A DNA stretch of 64,000 bases from a virus (IMGVR_UViG_3300025316_001101); one strand, 5' to 3'. Numbered from the stretch's first letter, positions 49,422 to 57,785 are shown. A program made the numbers and translations. Notes: generated by a model not told the origin, from the sequence alone.

Positions 49422-49631
49422 TGTTATCCTCCCCGTTTGGCCACACTACAATAGTATGATACATTCACACTATAGCTGCCAAGTTGTGCCTTTATACTGC
49501 AATGACCGTTACTACCAAATGCTGCTGAACCAAAACAATTGCCAGCACTATTCACAAAAGCCACTGCACACCATTTATATCTTGATTTAACACCTAAAGG
49601 ATGTACCATCATTCTCATGTTATTACCTTAG

Positions 49632-49704
49632 TGGAGACTACGGGAGTCGAACCCGTGCTCTTCTGATTGCGAACCAGACGCTTTCCCAATTAAGCTAAGT
49701 CCCC
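49632..49704 (-). tRNA. tRNA-Ala(CGC)
   Basis: G3.U70, loop TT-CGC-AA. Confidence 0.9.
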
Positions 49705-49960
49705 ATGAGATTTATGTATAATATATTTAGATAAATCAGTCAATGACAAACCTATATTATTCTTCTTATACTAGCTTGATGTCGATCATTCAACCATGCA
49801 GATTGTAAATTGCTACCGGCACTCCCCCATAATATAGACCTTTTAGAAAATCCAGAATGGACCCTATTAAGCCCATAAGCCCAACCTGCTGGAAAATGTT
49901 TTACGGACCACGGTACACGCCATCGAGAAGACCGCAAGGACCACATGGAAGGTCTAAATT

Positions 49961-50188
49961 TCATCCCCACAGCCTTCTTTTTATAGATGTGTGTTGACCC
50001 GGAGTGAACCCGGATGAGTGTGTGGCCTCGGCCGCTTCATAAATTTTATGGATTGCAGTGCTGCCACTATGAGCAAATCTTGAATTCCAAGAATAGCCGG
50101 GCATGTGGTTTCCAACTGACCAGCAAGCTCGCCCACGTGCCCAATATGAATTATGAAATTGCCACAGCGGTCGATGAAATGGTTTCAA
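49961..50188 (-). CDS. hypothetical protein
   Basis: 75-aa ORF with TTG start. Confidence 0.35.
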   Translation of the reverse strand: MKPFHRPLWQFHNSYWARGRACWSVGNHMPGYSWNSRFAHSGSTAIHKIYEAAEATHSSGFTPGQHTSIKRRLWG

Positions 50189-50212
50189 TATTTGTTACCG
50201 CCTCTCCATTAT

Positions 50213-50340
50213 GTGAATTACCCCGCCCCTAAAGAGGGCGGGGCTTCCGTTCCAATCAGCAGCCCACTCAAAGCGGGTCTTATGCCAAGACAAACGGCTC
50301 TCCCTGTATTCCAACAGGGGTTTATACCTTCATGTGAATA
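50213..50340 (-). ncRNA. putative TnpB omega/reRNA scaffold
   Basis: structured 3' region from tnpB end to the TCAC boundary; 5' end unknown. Confidence 0.6.
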
Positions 50341-51461
50341 TTAGTTGCTGCGTTTTCATCCCTATCGTGATTAGTGAAGCAGTTCCAACAAGTCCAAGTC
50401 CTATCAGTAAGTTCCAAGTCCTTGTTCTGCCAACCACATACGGAGCATAATTGCGAACTTGGATACCATTTATCCACTTGTCGCAACTCACGACCATACC
50501 ACTCGGCTTTGTATTTTAACTTTTGGAAGAACGAGGAGAAGCAAGCATCGGCTTGCTTCCTGTGATACACCTTCTCCCTCCATCGCTCAATTTTACGAAC
50601 CTCTGGGTCTGCGTTCCTCAACATATCACTTACACAAAGAGTTTCAACGACAATGACTTGGTTCTCGTCAATTATTTTTCTACTTACTTTGTGTTGAAAA
50701 TCCTCACGAATGTTGTGAATGTGCTGCTCCAACTTGTTTAATTTAAGGTATGCTTTCGCTCTACCTTTGCTGTCTTTCTGTGTTCTATTCTTTGCTTTCG
50801 TCAAGAACTTCAATCTGTTTCTATATTTTGTTTTTGGTAGTGGGTTCTCATACTTTGTTCCATCGCTGCCCACTATTCCATGAACATTCATGTCCAATCC
50901 AATAGTCTTATCAGTAGTTGGAAGTGGAGTCATTACCTTGTTGGCTGTAATGCTCACGAAGTATTGTCCTGCTTTATTCTTGGAAATGGTGGCAAACTCA
51001 ATCTCGCCTTCAAGTGGTCGGTGGAGGATGATGGGGATGCCTTGCTTGAACTTAGGAATGCTCAACTTACCATCAATGACTTTGATATTCTGTAATACCT
51101 TGAATGATTGTTTGCCGTGTTTTTTCTTGAAACGAGGGAAGCCACATTTACCTTTATGTTTGCCTTGTGCTTTTAATTTAACCTTACGGAAGAAGTTGTC
51201 ATATCCATTTTGTAGTGCTTTGGCTGAGTATTGTAATGCTTGACTTCCTGCTTCCTTCAACCAGTCGTATGTTTTCTTTAACTCTGGGATAGATGTAGCA
51301 TTGTCATAGTAGTTCAATGATTTGTTCTCACCTTTATAAGCATTGATGCGTTGTTCAAGGAAATGGTTATACAAAAACCTCACACAACCAAAATGTTTGG
51401 CGAGTAGAACTTGTTGTTCCTCGGTGGGCATCAACCTATATTTGTAAGAAATTAAGGTCAT
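50322..51461 (-). CDS. tnpB: RNA-guided endonuclease TnpB
   Basis: YKYRLMPT..FG..RF.YN HTH, RuvC GLD / VVE / DRD, C4 Zn finger. Confidence 0.93.
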   Translation of the reverse strand: MTLISYKYRLMPTEEQQVLLAKHFGCVRFLYNHFLEQRINAYKGENKSLNYYDNATSIPELKKTYDWLKEAGSQALQYSAKALQNGYDNFFRKVKLKAQGKHKGKCGFPRFKKKHGKQSFKVLQNIKVIDGKLSIPKFKQGIPIILHRPLEGEIEFATISKNKAGQYFVSITANKVMTPLPTTDKTIGLDMNVHGIVGSDGTKYENPLPKTKYRNRLKFLTKAKNRTQKDSKGRAKAYLKLNKLEQHIHNIREDFQHKVSRKIIDENQVIVVETLCVSDMLRNADPEVRKIERWREKVYHRKQADACFSSFFQKLKYKAEWYGRELRQVDKWYPSSQLCSVCGWQNKDLELTDRTWTCWNCFTNHDRDENAATNIHMKV

Positions 51462-51637
51462 TTTGCTCCTGCGGGCATTAATGTTTTGTTCGTTTGATTT
51501 TCAACCCAATCGTGTATTAACAGTCGTATCGCTTCGCTCATATTGAGGTAATTACCATCGCACTTATCCTTGAACTTCTTGAATAATGTCGGATGGACAC
51601 GAATAGTCAAACTATGTTCAGCATTTTCTTTTGTCAT
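51458..51637 (-). CDS. ribbon-helix-helix protein (not in ORF track)
   Basis: 59 aa: LTIRVHPTLFKKFK..C..NMSEAIRLLI; stop overlaps tnpB ATG. Confidence 0.75.
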   Translation of the reverse strand: MTKENAEHSLTIRVHPTLFKKFKDKCDGNYLNMSEAIRLLIHDWVENQTNKTLMPAGAK

Positions 51638-51911
51638 ACACTTTATATAGTGTTGCCTTACAATTTTTTCACAACAAAATCAAAATTATTTTTTCAAGCC
51701 GTTTTCAATGGCTTTTATGCCGTTTTAGAGGGGAAGGCATTAGACCAAAGTTATTCAGCGTATGTCTAACTAAATTACATTATGACGCCTTACATCCCGC
51801 TACCCTAAAGAGGTTTGCCCTGTTCATTCGGTCGCTCGCTGACGCTCGCTTCCTCACTCACAGAGCAAACATTCCTTCGGAATGTAGGGGTTTTACGGCG
51901 TCCCAGATAAA

Positions 51912-52212
51912 TTTCGGCCCGACAAGGATGAATGCATGATGTTTTCTCAGGCTCTACCGGCATCGACCAGTGTGTTGTTACACCAAAGGGCGACTATCCG
52001 ATGTGGTCGGCTTCCCAGCATCATCCTCATTCTAGAAATGAGGGAGAGGCTGCACACCCACTCTTTGAATGATGGCTACTTCTAGGCCAACATCCTGGTT
52101 GTCTTAGCCTTTTGCAAAGCCCTTACTTCCCACTAAAACACCAAACAACTGCAAACGCAGATGAGACGAACTTCACTTCTGTTATGTAGTCCCACTCGCA
52201 TTCGAGCCGAAA
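51912..52212 (-). ncRNA. structured ncRNA B containing a 23S rRNA GTPase-associated-centre (H42-H44) mimic
   Basis: terminal stem TTTCGGCTCGA/TCGGGCCGAAA; ACCAGGATGTTGGCCTAGAAGTAGCCATCATTCAAAGAGT-[76 nt]-GTGTAACAACACACTGGT. Confidence 0.8.
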
Positions 52213-52213
52213 G

Positions 52214-52284
52214 TGGAGCCACGGGGAATCGAACCCCGACTTCAGCCTTGCAAAGGCTGCACACTCCCGTTATGTTATGGCCCC
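52214..52284 (-). tRNA. tRNA-Ala(TGC)
   Basis: G3.U70, CAGCC-TTTGCAA-GGCTG. Confidence 0.92.
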
Positions 52285-52796
52285 AATTTTATTGCATCCA
52301 TTGCATCGTGTGCTTCTCCATGACAATTTCTGCACAGCAAATCGCACTTGTCTAATTCCTTTTTTACTCGTTCAAAATTCCACTGCTTCACCCAATTGCT
52401 GTTAAATTTAACATCCTTCTCGCCAGGATCTCTATGATGAAAATCCAATGACCTCAACGATTTATTGTATCCACAGACTTGACACTTGCCACCCTTATAA
52501 TCTACCGCACGCTGTTTGTGTTTCCTAAATCTTGCCACACTGCGTCTTGAATGACACCTTTTACATAACACATGCGATAATCTTCCATCTCCTACACTGA
52601 CAAACTTACTCTTCTTTGTTTCTCCACAATCCTCACACAAATACCCGTATTTTTTGTTACCTACATGTTTATTGGTTTTAATGCCATGTTTTTTCAACCA
52701 ATGTTTTATAGTGCTTTGACTTTTGCCACATTCACTGGCTATTTCACGCTGGCTTAAATTACGATCTATGCAGTTTTGTAAAAATGTTTTATCCAT
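52275..52796 (-). CDS. HNH homing endonuclease with N-terminal HTH
   Basis: GGKCQVCGY..LDFHH.DP..K..KCDLLCRNCH.E.H. Confidence 0.85.
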   Translation of the reverse strand: MDKTFLQNCIDRNLSQREIASECGKSQSTIKHWLKKHGIKTNKHVGNKKYGYLCEDCGETKKSKFVSVGDGRLSHVLCKRCHSRRSVARFRKHKQRAVDYKGGKCQVCGYNKSLRSLDFHHRDPGEKDVKFNSNWVKQWNFERVKKELDKCDLLCRNCHGEAHDAMDAIKLGP

Positions 52797-52861
52797 GACA
52801 TTATATAGTGTCATGGCTCATTTTTTACAAATTATTTTATCCCAAATGAGCTAAGGCCCCA

Positions 52862-53287
52862 TTATTGCTTTGAATCACTTACATCCACTTCAATCAAACT
52901 CTCTGCCACAATTCCATTGTTCTGTGCAGAACCAACAATTACTACTTTCTTGTTTAACATGTCTCGTAAATATTTGCAAGTTGTATTCTGTGCAAATTGA
53001 ATCTTTGTAGGCGGCGTTGAATTAGGCCAACCAACAATAGCTACATTGATTTGTTTGCCACCACACGTTACTTCAATACTGCCATCACCATTCTTTGTCC
53101 AAGGATTCGAGTCCCTAGTAAATGTACCAACCCATGCATTGGATTGCGACACCATTGTCTGTTGTACCACAGGCTGAGTTGGAGGAATCGTCCTATGCTT
53201 CTTGTGCTTATAGATAGCAACCACAAGAATGGTTAACAAAAGTGATGTCGCTACCATGAAAACCCAAAACTTCACTTGATTCAACAT
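52862..53287 (-). CDS. membrane-anchored hypothetical protein
   Basis: N-terminal TM helix. Confidence 0.55.
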   Translation of the reverse strand: MLNQVKFWVFMVATSLLLTILVVAIYKHKKHRTIPPTQPVVQQTMVSQSNAWVGTFTRDSNPWTKNGDGSIEVTCGGKQINVAIVGWPNSTPPTKIQFAQNTTCKYLRDMLNKKVVIVGSAQNNGIVAESLIEVDVSDSKQ

Positions 53288-53294
53288 GTTTCAC

Positions 53295-53480
53295 CTATTT
53301 CAAAAAATATGCAATCATGAAATATACTAACCAAATCACCAACATGGGAATCACCCAAAGCAATCTAAATGCAGGGGTGATATCAAAATAAGTTGATGCC
53401 CGATACGGTCGGAACATAACTCCCAACAGTATAAGAGTTAAAATGATCGGAATTGCTATCGCACTCACAGTAATCGTCAT
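53295..53480 (-). CDS. small membrane protein
   Basis: two hydrophobic helices. Confidence 0.55.
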   Translation of the reverse strand: MTITVSAIAIPIILTLILLGVMFRPYRASTYFDITPAFRLLWVIPMLVIWLVYFMIAYFLK

Positions 53481-53508
53481 TTATCGCTTTCCTGTGCTGG
53501 TAAAAAAG

Positions 53509-53579
53509 TGGAGCCGAAGGGAGTCGAACCCTTAACTTAACAATGCCATTGTTACGTGATCCCGCTTCACCACGGCCCC
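53509..53579 (-). tRNA. tRNA-Ala(GGC)
   Basis: G3.U70, loop AT-GGC-AT. Confidence 0.9.
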
Positions 53580-53719
53580 GTTAGCTGTCCACTGTATCGA
53601 AATGTGTCCCAAGCCCGACGCCCAGCTAGGCAGCCGTTAGGTAAGTATCGTACAATGGAGACTTGTTCATGACCAAGCCTATCCTACTAAGCCGGTGCCG
53701 AAACACCGTCGTTCGTTCC

Positions 53720-54532
53720 TTATTTATCCTCTTCCGTCGTTTTTGATTCCGACGTTGTTCCCTCTCGCATTGCAGTATACATGGCTGCTTCACCACGCAA
53801 CATACTAGTACGAGCCCGAATATCATCCGAATCAGCAGAAAAACCCATCACAGATGAACAAGCCATCAATTTCGATTCATACATGTCGAATGCTTCGGCT
53901 CCACCTGCCGCATAAGTTACACCCTGAAGTGTAATAGCGGTTTCACAGAACTCATTAAGCAACATTCGCTTGCCTCCGCCACGCTCGGCAAGCTCACCCC
54001 AAAAGGCATTTTCAGAAATTTTGTGTTCGCCGCCTAAACATTGAAGAGAATAAACATTTACGCCCATTTCCTTCAACGCCCCAACTTCAACCCGCCAATC
54101 CAGGTTTTCAGTATTTTCACAATAATTAGGTTCATGCGGAACATCGTCACCGATCATAACCAGCACTCGACCAGTTTTCGCACCATCCGTCCAACCCAAA
54201 TTGCGGGCCACATGCAGTGCCAATTCATAGCACTCAGGGGCATCACCACCACTTGTATTTGGAGCATTGCGAATAAAATCAAAGATTGCTGCACGATTAT
54301 CTGTTAGAGACAACGAAACAATCTTGTTTTCTCCATCGCAATAATCGCCGTGGGCAATCAATCCGATCTTCAAGCCCGGAATGTCTTGAAGCATTGCTTC
54401 ACAAGTTTCTTCCAAGTGTTTTCGCACATCGGCAATTGCTGGACGCATACTCCCAGTGGTATCGAAACAAAATGCCACTTCTGTAGCATTACCAACACGA
54501 TCCGCTACTCTGTCTTTCTTTTCTTCACTCAT
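53720..54532 (-). CDS. vWA domain protein
   Basis: FDTTGSM MIDAS, GGD.PE, IGDD.PH. Confidence 0.88.
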   Translation of the reverse strand: MSEEKKDRVADRVGNATEVAFCFDTTGSMRPAIADVRKHLEETCEAMLQDIPGLKIGLIAHGDYCDGENKIVSLSLTDNRAAIFDFIRNAPNTSGGDAPECYELALHVARNLGWTDGAKTGRVLVMIGDDVPHEPNYCENTENLDWRVEVGALKEMGVNVYSLQCLGGEHKISENAFWGELAERGGGKRMLLNEFCETAITLQGVTYAAGGAEAFDMYESKLMACSSVMGFSADSDDIRARTSMLRGEAAMYTAMREGTTSESKTTEEDK

Positions 54533-54551
54533 TTCTATTTCCTTGTAAAAG

Positions 54552-54623
54552 TGACCCTACGGGGATTCGAACCCCGATCTTAGCGCTGAGAACGCTATGT
54601 CCTGACCATTAGACGATAGGGCC
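54552..54623 (-). tRNA. tRNA-Glu(CTC)
   Basis: TAGCG-TTCTCAG-CGCTA. Confidence 0.9.
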
Positions 54624-54641
54624 ATTATACTGCGAAAGATG

Positions 54642-55208
54642 TTACTTGGCAAGAGCAGGCGTGCGAAGTGCCGCCAAAGCCTTGGAAGGGAACCACTGCT
54701 GAATTCCTTCGTCCTCTTCAATCTTCTCGTAACCTAATGATTGAAGCATACTTTGATATAAACCGTCTCTTCTTGGACCAACAGGATGGTAAATTACAAT
54801 AACTGAATAACTCACCAATTCTTTGAAGAAATCTCGCATAACATGCATGAATTGGATGGAACTTCTAGATACCTGTTTCCGAACAAGATAATTAGATTTT
54901 TCCTTGTCACTTACATCTTCATCATCTACAAAATCTGGATCTGCCCAATCAAACATCACCATTAAAGCAGGGACTTCTATTTCACCCACCCATTCAGCTT
55001 GTATGACAAAATGCAACTCTCTTCCATCATCTACGTCTACACGATAAACACTGCCACGATTGGCCTTAGCTGTGGGATTATGCCATTTACTGAAATATTT
55101 GTTCAGCAAAGATTTTACAATTCCCATGCCACGGGCATCTGGATGAATGATTTGTGCAGCCGGGGCAGCAAAAGCTTCTGTCAATGTATACCAATATGAG
55201 AATCTCAT
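54642..55208 (-). CDS. hypothetical protein, paralog of 7425-7979
   Basis: shared RKQV..QF..RDF, R..LY.SM..LGYE. Confidence 0.65.
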   Translation of the reverse strand: MRFSYWYTLTEAFAAPAAQIIHPDARGMGIVKSLLNKYFSKWHNPTAKANRGSVYRVDVDDGRELHFVIQAEWVGEIEVPALMVMFDWADPDFVDDEDVSDKEKSNYLVRKQVSRSSIQFMHVMRDFFKELVSYSVIVIYHPVGPRRDGLYQSMLQSLGYEKIEEDEGIQQWFPSKALAALRTPALAK

Positions 55209-55237
55209 AAATGTATTTAGCCTTACTTATATAAAAT

Positions 55238-56017
55238 ATGGCTACAATGCACATCCCTAACGGATATTCCGGCTATACAGAAGACTGCGTAGTAGGTGAC
55301 AAACGAAGAATGGGCAATCAAATGCACATGATAGCAGCAACTTATGCTCTATCACTAAATGTGGGGGAACCCTGTGAACTCCCACCCTGGGCATTTGCTC
55401 AATACTTCCCCAATTTTAACAGTTGTATAACTACAACCGATAACCCATCCATTGAATTCATTTACAATGAACCACCTTTGTGCAAACTCAAACTCACGCC
55501 CGAAACCTTTCAATACATTCCAAAAGTGAAAAAATTGAAAATTTGCGGTGGCTTTGAATCAGCCAAATTCTTTGAAGGTAGAGAAAAAGAAATTAAACAC
55601 CTATTCTGGATGCCTACCCAAGAACACAATGCTTGCGGTATCCATGTCCGTCGTAATGATTACTTGCAACACGATTTTATCATTAAACTCACAATGGATT
55701 ATTACACCGATGCGATAAATCGCATCGGTGCCTCCAAATATATCGTGTGTTCCGATGATGTAGAATGGTGCAAACAAAACTTTGTAGGACCACAATTTGA
55801 ATTCCCCAACGGAACTCAAATGGAAGACTTCGCAACCCTCATGGGCTGCGAACATTTAATCAATGCCAATTCAACATTTAGCTGGTGGGCTGCCCTTCTC
55901 ATGAAACATGAGAAGGGTACTGTGATTGCACCTAGACACAGTTATCTTGGATTCACTGGCACCAATGATTGGTACAAAACAATTAATACCAATTGGACAT
56001 TGATTAACACAATATGA
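55238..56017 (+). CDS. alpha-1,2-fucosyltransferase (GT11)
   Basis: GNQ, HVRRNDY, SDD..WC, NSTFSWWAALL. Confidence 0.9.
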   Translation: MATMHIPNGYSGYTEDCVVGDKRRMGNQMHMIAATYALSLNVGEPCELPPWAFAQYFPNFNSCITTTDNPSIEFIYNEPPLCKLKLTPETFQYIPKVKKLKICGGFESAKFFEGREKEIKHLFWMPTQEHNACGIHVRRNDYLQHDFIIKLTMDYYTDAINRIGASKYIVCSDDVEWCKQNFVGPQFEFPNGTQMEDFATLMGCEHLINANSTFSWWAALLMKHEKGTVIAPRHSYLGFTGTNDWYKTINTNWTLINTI

Positions 56018-56020
56018 GAG

Positions 56021-56092
56021 TCAGAGTGACAGGAATCGCACCTGCGGCCTCTTCCACCCCAAGGAAGCGCTCTCCTCCTGAGCTACACTCTG
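56021..56092 (-). tRNA. tRNA-Pro(GGG)
   Basis: C1-G72, CTTCC-TTGGGGT-GGAAG. Confidence 0.88.
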
Positions 56093-56096
56093 ATAA

Positions 56097-56171
56097 TCGG
56101 AACGATTGGATTTGAACCAACGACCTTCTTCCCCAACGGAAGACGCTCTAATCTGGCTGAGCTACGTCCCG
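56097..56171 (-). tRNA. Pro-body tRNA with atypical anticodon loop CGTTGGG
   Basis: CGGGACG/CGTTCCG-A; TCTTC-CGTTGGG-GAAGA gives TTG at 34-36 and G33. Confidence 0.6.
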
Positions 56172-56630
56172 AAGTTTTGTCTCTAACTTCGTTACTTGAT
56201 CGTGAATAGCTTGAGACATAAGATATTGAGCATCTAATGCTGCTTCTAATTCTTTTTCCCTTGATACGTCCCTTTGAATTGCTATCCACCCCACAAGATT
56301 GCCATCATCATCTTTTGCTGGATAAATAGAAAGTTGTACCCAATACGTTGATCCGTCTTTTTTATAATTTTCAATGACGCTCGTTACAGATGCGCCAGCT
56401 TTCAAACGATTTTTCATTTCTGTACGTTCAACGTGATCTGTACGGTCTCCCTGTAAAACTCTAGGTGTTTTACCGATCAATTCTTCACGTGTATATCCCG
56501 TTAAACGAGACATCGCATCATTAACAAAAATGATCTCTGGTTCAGTTGGTTCATCCAATCCAGATTTTGTTACTACAACGCCTTCTGCGGCATGCTGAAT
56601 CGCTTGAAATAAAATATCTTTGATGTCCAT
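56148..56630 (-). CDS. stand-alone PAS domain protein (LOV-like, no photoactive Cys)
   Basis: FVN..TGY..E.IGKTPRVLQG..NYKKDGS.YW..WIAIQRDVS. Confidence 0.85.
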   Translation of the reverse strand: MDIKDILFQAIQHAAEGVVVTKSGLDEPTEPEIIFVNDAMSRLTGYTREELIGKTPRVLQGDRTDHVERTEMKNRLKAGASVTSVIENYKKDGSTYWVQLSIYPAKDDDGNLVGWIAIQRDVSREKELEAALDAQYLMSQAIHDQVTKLETKLRDVAQPD

Positions 56631-56703
56631 ACTGTATGTATCGTTGATAAATGAAAATCAGGTGCAGAAGCCGCATGCCACACTCACTCCGCCCTAAAGA
56701 AAT

Positions 56704-56768
56704 CATCGTAACCATTTTCTTGCACGATAACAAAATAAATGTTATCGTGCAAGAAAATGGTTACGATG
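56704..56768. repeat. 29-bp perfect inverted repeat, 7-nt spacer
   Basis: CATCGTAACCATTTTCTTGCACGATAACA-AAATAAA-reverse complement. Confidence 0.85.
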
Positions 56769-56813
56769 GAGTTTTTACACAGAAACTCTAACTGTGTTCC
56801 GACCGTCGTACAG

Positions 56814-56889
56814 TCGAGGTGAGAGGATTTGAACCTCCGAAACCTTCCGGTCCCAAACCGGACGCTCTGCCAGACTGAGCTACACCCCG
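56814..56889 (-). tRNA. tRNA-Pro(TGG)
   Basis: TCCGG-TTTGGGA-CCGGA. Confidence 0.92.
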
Positions 56890-56894
56890 ATAAA

Positions 56895-57437
56895 CTATAC
56901 TAGTGCTTTACGCACCGCTTTTCTTTCTTCATAGTGAAGAATTCTATGGCAGTTTGCGCACAACACCTCACACTTTGCTATTTCGGCAAGAATTGTTTCT
57001 TTTGACAAGCCATGTAACACACCTTCCGAAATATTGAATTCTTTATTATCTTCGTGATGATGAAATTCAAATGTTCTGAAATCCTCATTGGGACATCTAA
57101 CACACTTCAATCCCTTCTTCAATTCTTCAAACCACTCTGCAATATCACGCTTCCTAGCAGTCTTCATTGCGACGTAGCATTTATTACACTTCCACCTGCG
57201 ATACGTCTGACCATTGGAAATTGCAGCAATTGGAAATTCTCCTATTTTCTTCTTATCTCCGCAATATCTACAAATCCTAGTCTTGGCATCAGGACGATGA
57301 TCACAATAGTGCTTTGTCCTCAATCCAAATTTTTTCAATAATCTGCTGACCGACGATACGCTTATTCCTAAGTTTACCGCCATCTGCGGAGCCGTCATCT
57401 TCTCTTCTATCAGTTTTTCAATAATTGCTTTATCCAT
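56895..57437 (-). CDS. HNH homing endonuclease with N-terminal HTH
   Basis: C..C..FEFHH..K.FNIS..KCEVLCANCHRILH. Confidence 0.85.
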   Translation of the reverse strand: MDKAIIEKLIEEKMTAPQMAVNLGISVSSVSRLLKKFGLRTKHYCDHRPDAKTRICRYCGDKKKIGEFPIAAISNGQTYRRWKCNKCYVAMKTARKRDIAEWFEELKKGLKCVRCPNEDFRTFEFHHHEDNKEFNISEGVLHGLSKETILAEIAKCEVLCANCHRILHYEERKAVRKALV

Positions 57438-57497
57438 ACCATTATATAGTAAGGACATCGCAATTTTCGGGACCAAGAAAATTGGTCCCGAATAAAA

Positions 57498-57569
57498 TCA
57501 GGGCAATGGGAATCGAACCCATAACTCAGCCTTCCAAAAGCCGCATGTTACCGCACACACTCTGCCCTA
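57498..57569 (-). tRNA. tRNA-Pro(TGG), divergent
   Basis: loop TT-TGG-AA, several G.U pairs. Confidence 0.7.
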
Positions 57570-57577
57570 GCAAACAG

Positions 57578-57653
57578 TCGGAGTTGCAGGATTCGAACCT
57601 GCGAAACCTCTGCGTCCCGAACGCAGCGCTCTGCCAGACTGAGCTAAACTCCG
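57578..57653 (-). tRNA. tRNA-Pro(CGG)
   Basis: CTGCG-TTCGGGA-CGCAG. Confidence 0.92.
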
Positions 57654-57662
57654 AACAAACAG

Positions 57663-57737
57663 TGGACCTTATGGGAATCGCACCCATCTGGATTTCTCGG
57701 TGCAAGCGAGACGACCACCCTAGCAGTCCCAAGGCCC
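57663..57737 (-). tRNA. tRNA-Ala(TGC)
   Basis: G3.U70, TCTCG-CTTGCAC-CGAGA. Confidence 0.85.
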
Positions 57738-57785
57738 AAATTTCTAAAAATTCTGAATCCGATAAGGATTCCCAACGAATACGAG

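Larger units (their letters stand above)
50213..51906 (-). mobile_element. non-autonomous IS200/IS605-family element (RHH + TnpB, no TnpA)
   Basis: right end GAAGCCCCGCCCTCTTTAGGGGCGGGGTAATTCAC; left-end hairpin GACGCCGTAAAACCCC..GGGATGTAAGGCGTC; left boundary approximate. Confidence 0.8.

Noticed and set aside
52130-52190. Plus-strand tmRNA-like tag reading frame (ACT GCA AAC GCA GAT GAG ... ATG TAG)
   Set aside because: No tmRNA acceptor/T-arm ends on the plus strand, the tag lacks the C-terminal AA, and the region sits inside minus-strand ncRNA B
53581-53719. Short matches to 23S PTC and L1-stalk sequences (GGTGTTTCGGCACC, GTAGGATAGG, AGCTGGG)
   Set aside because: Matches are 10 nt or shorter, or gapped, with no covariation; local hairpins differ from rRNA pairing. 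May still be a structured spacer.
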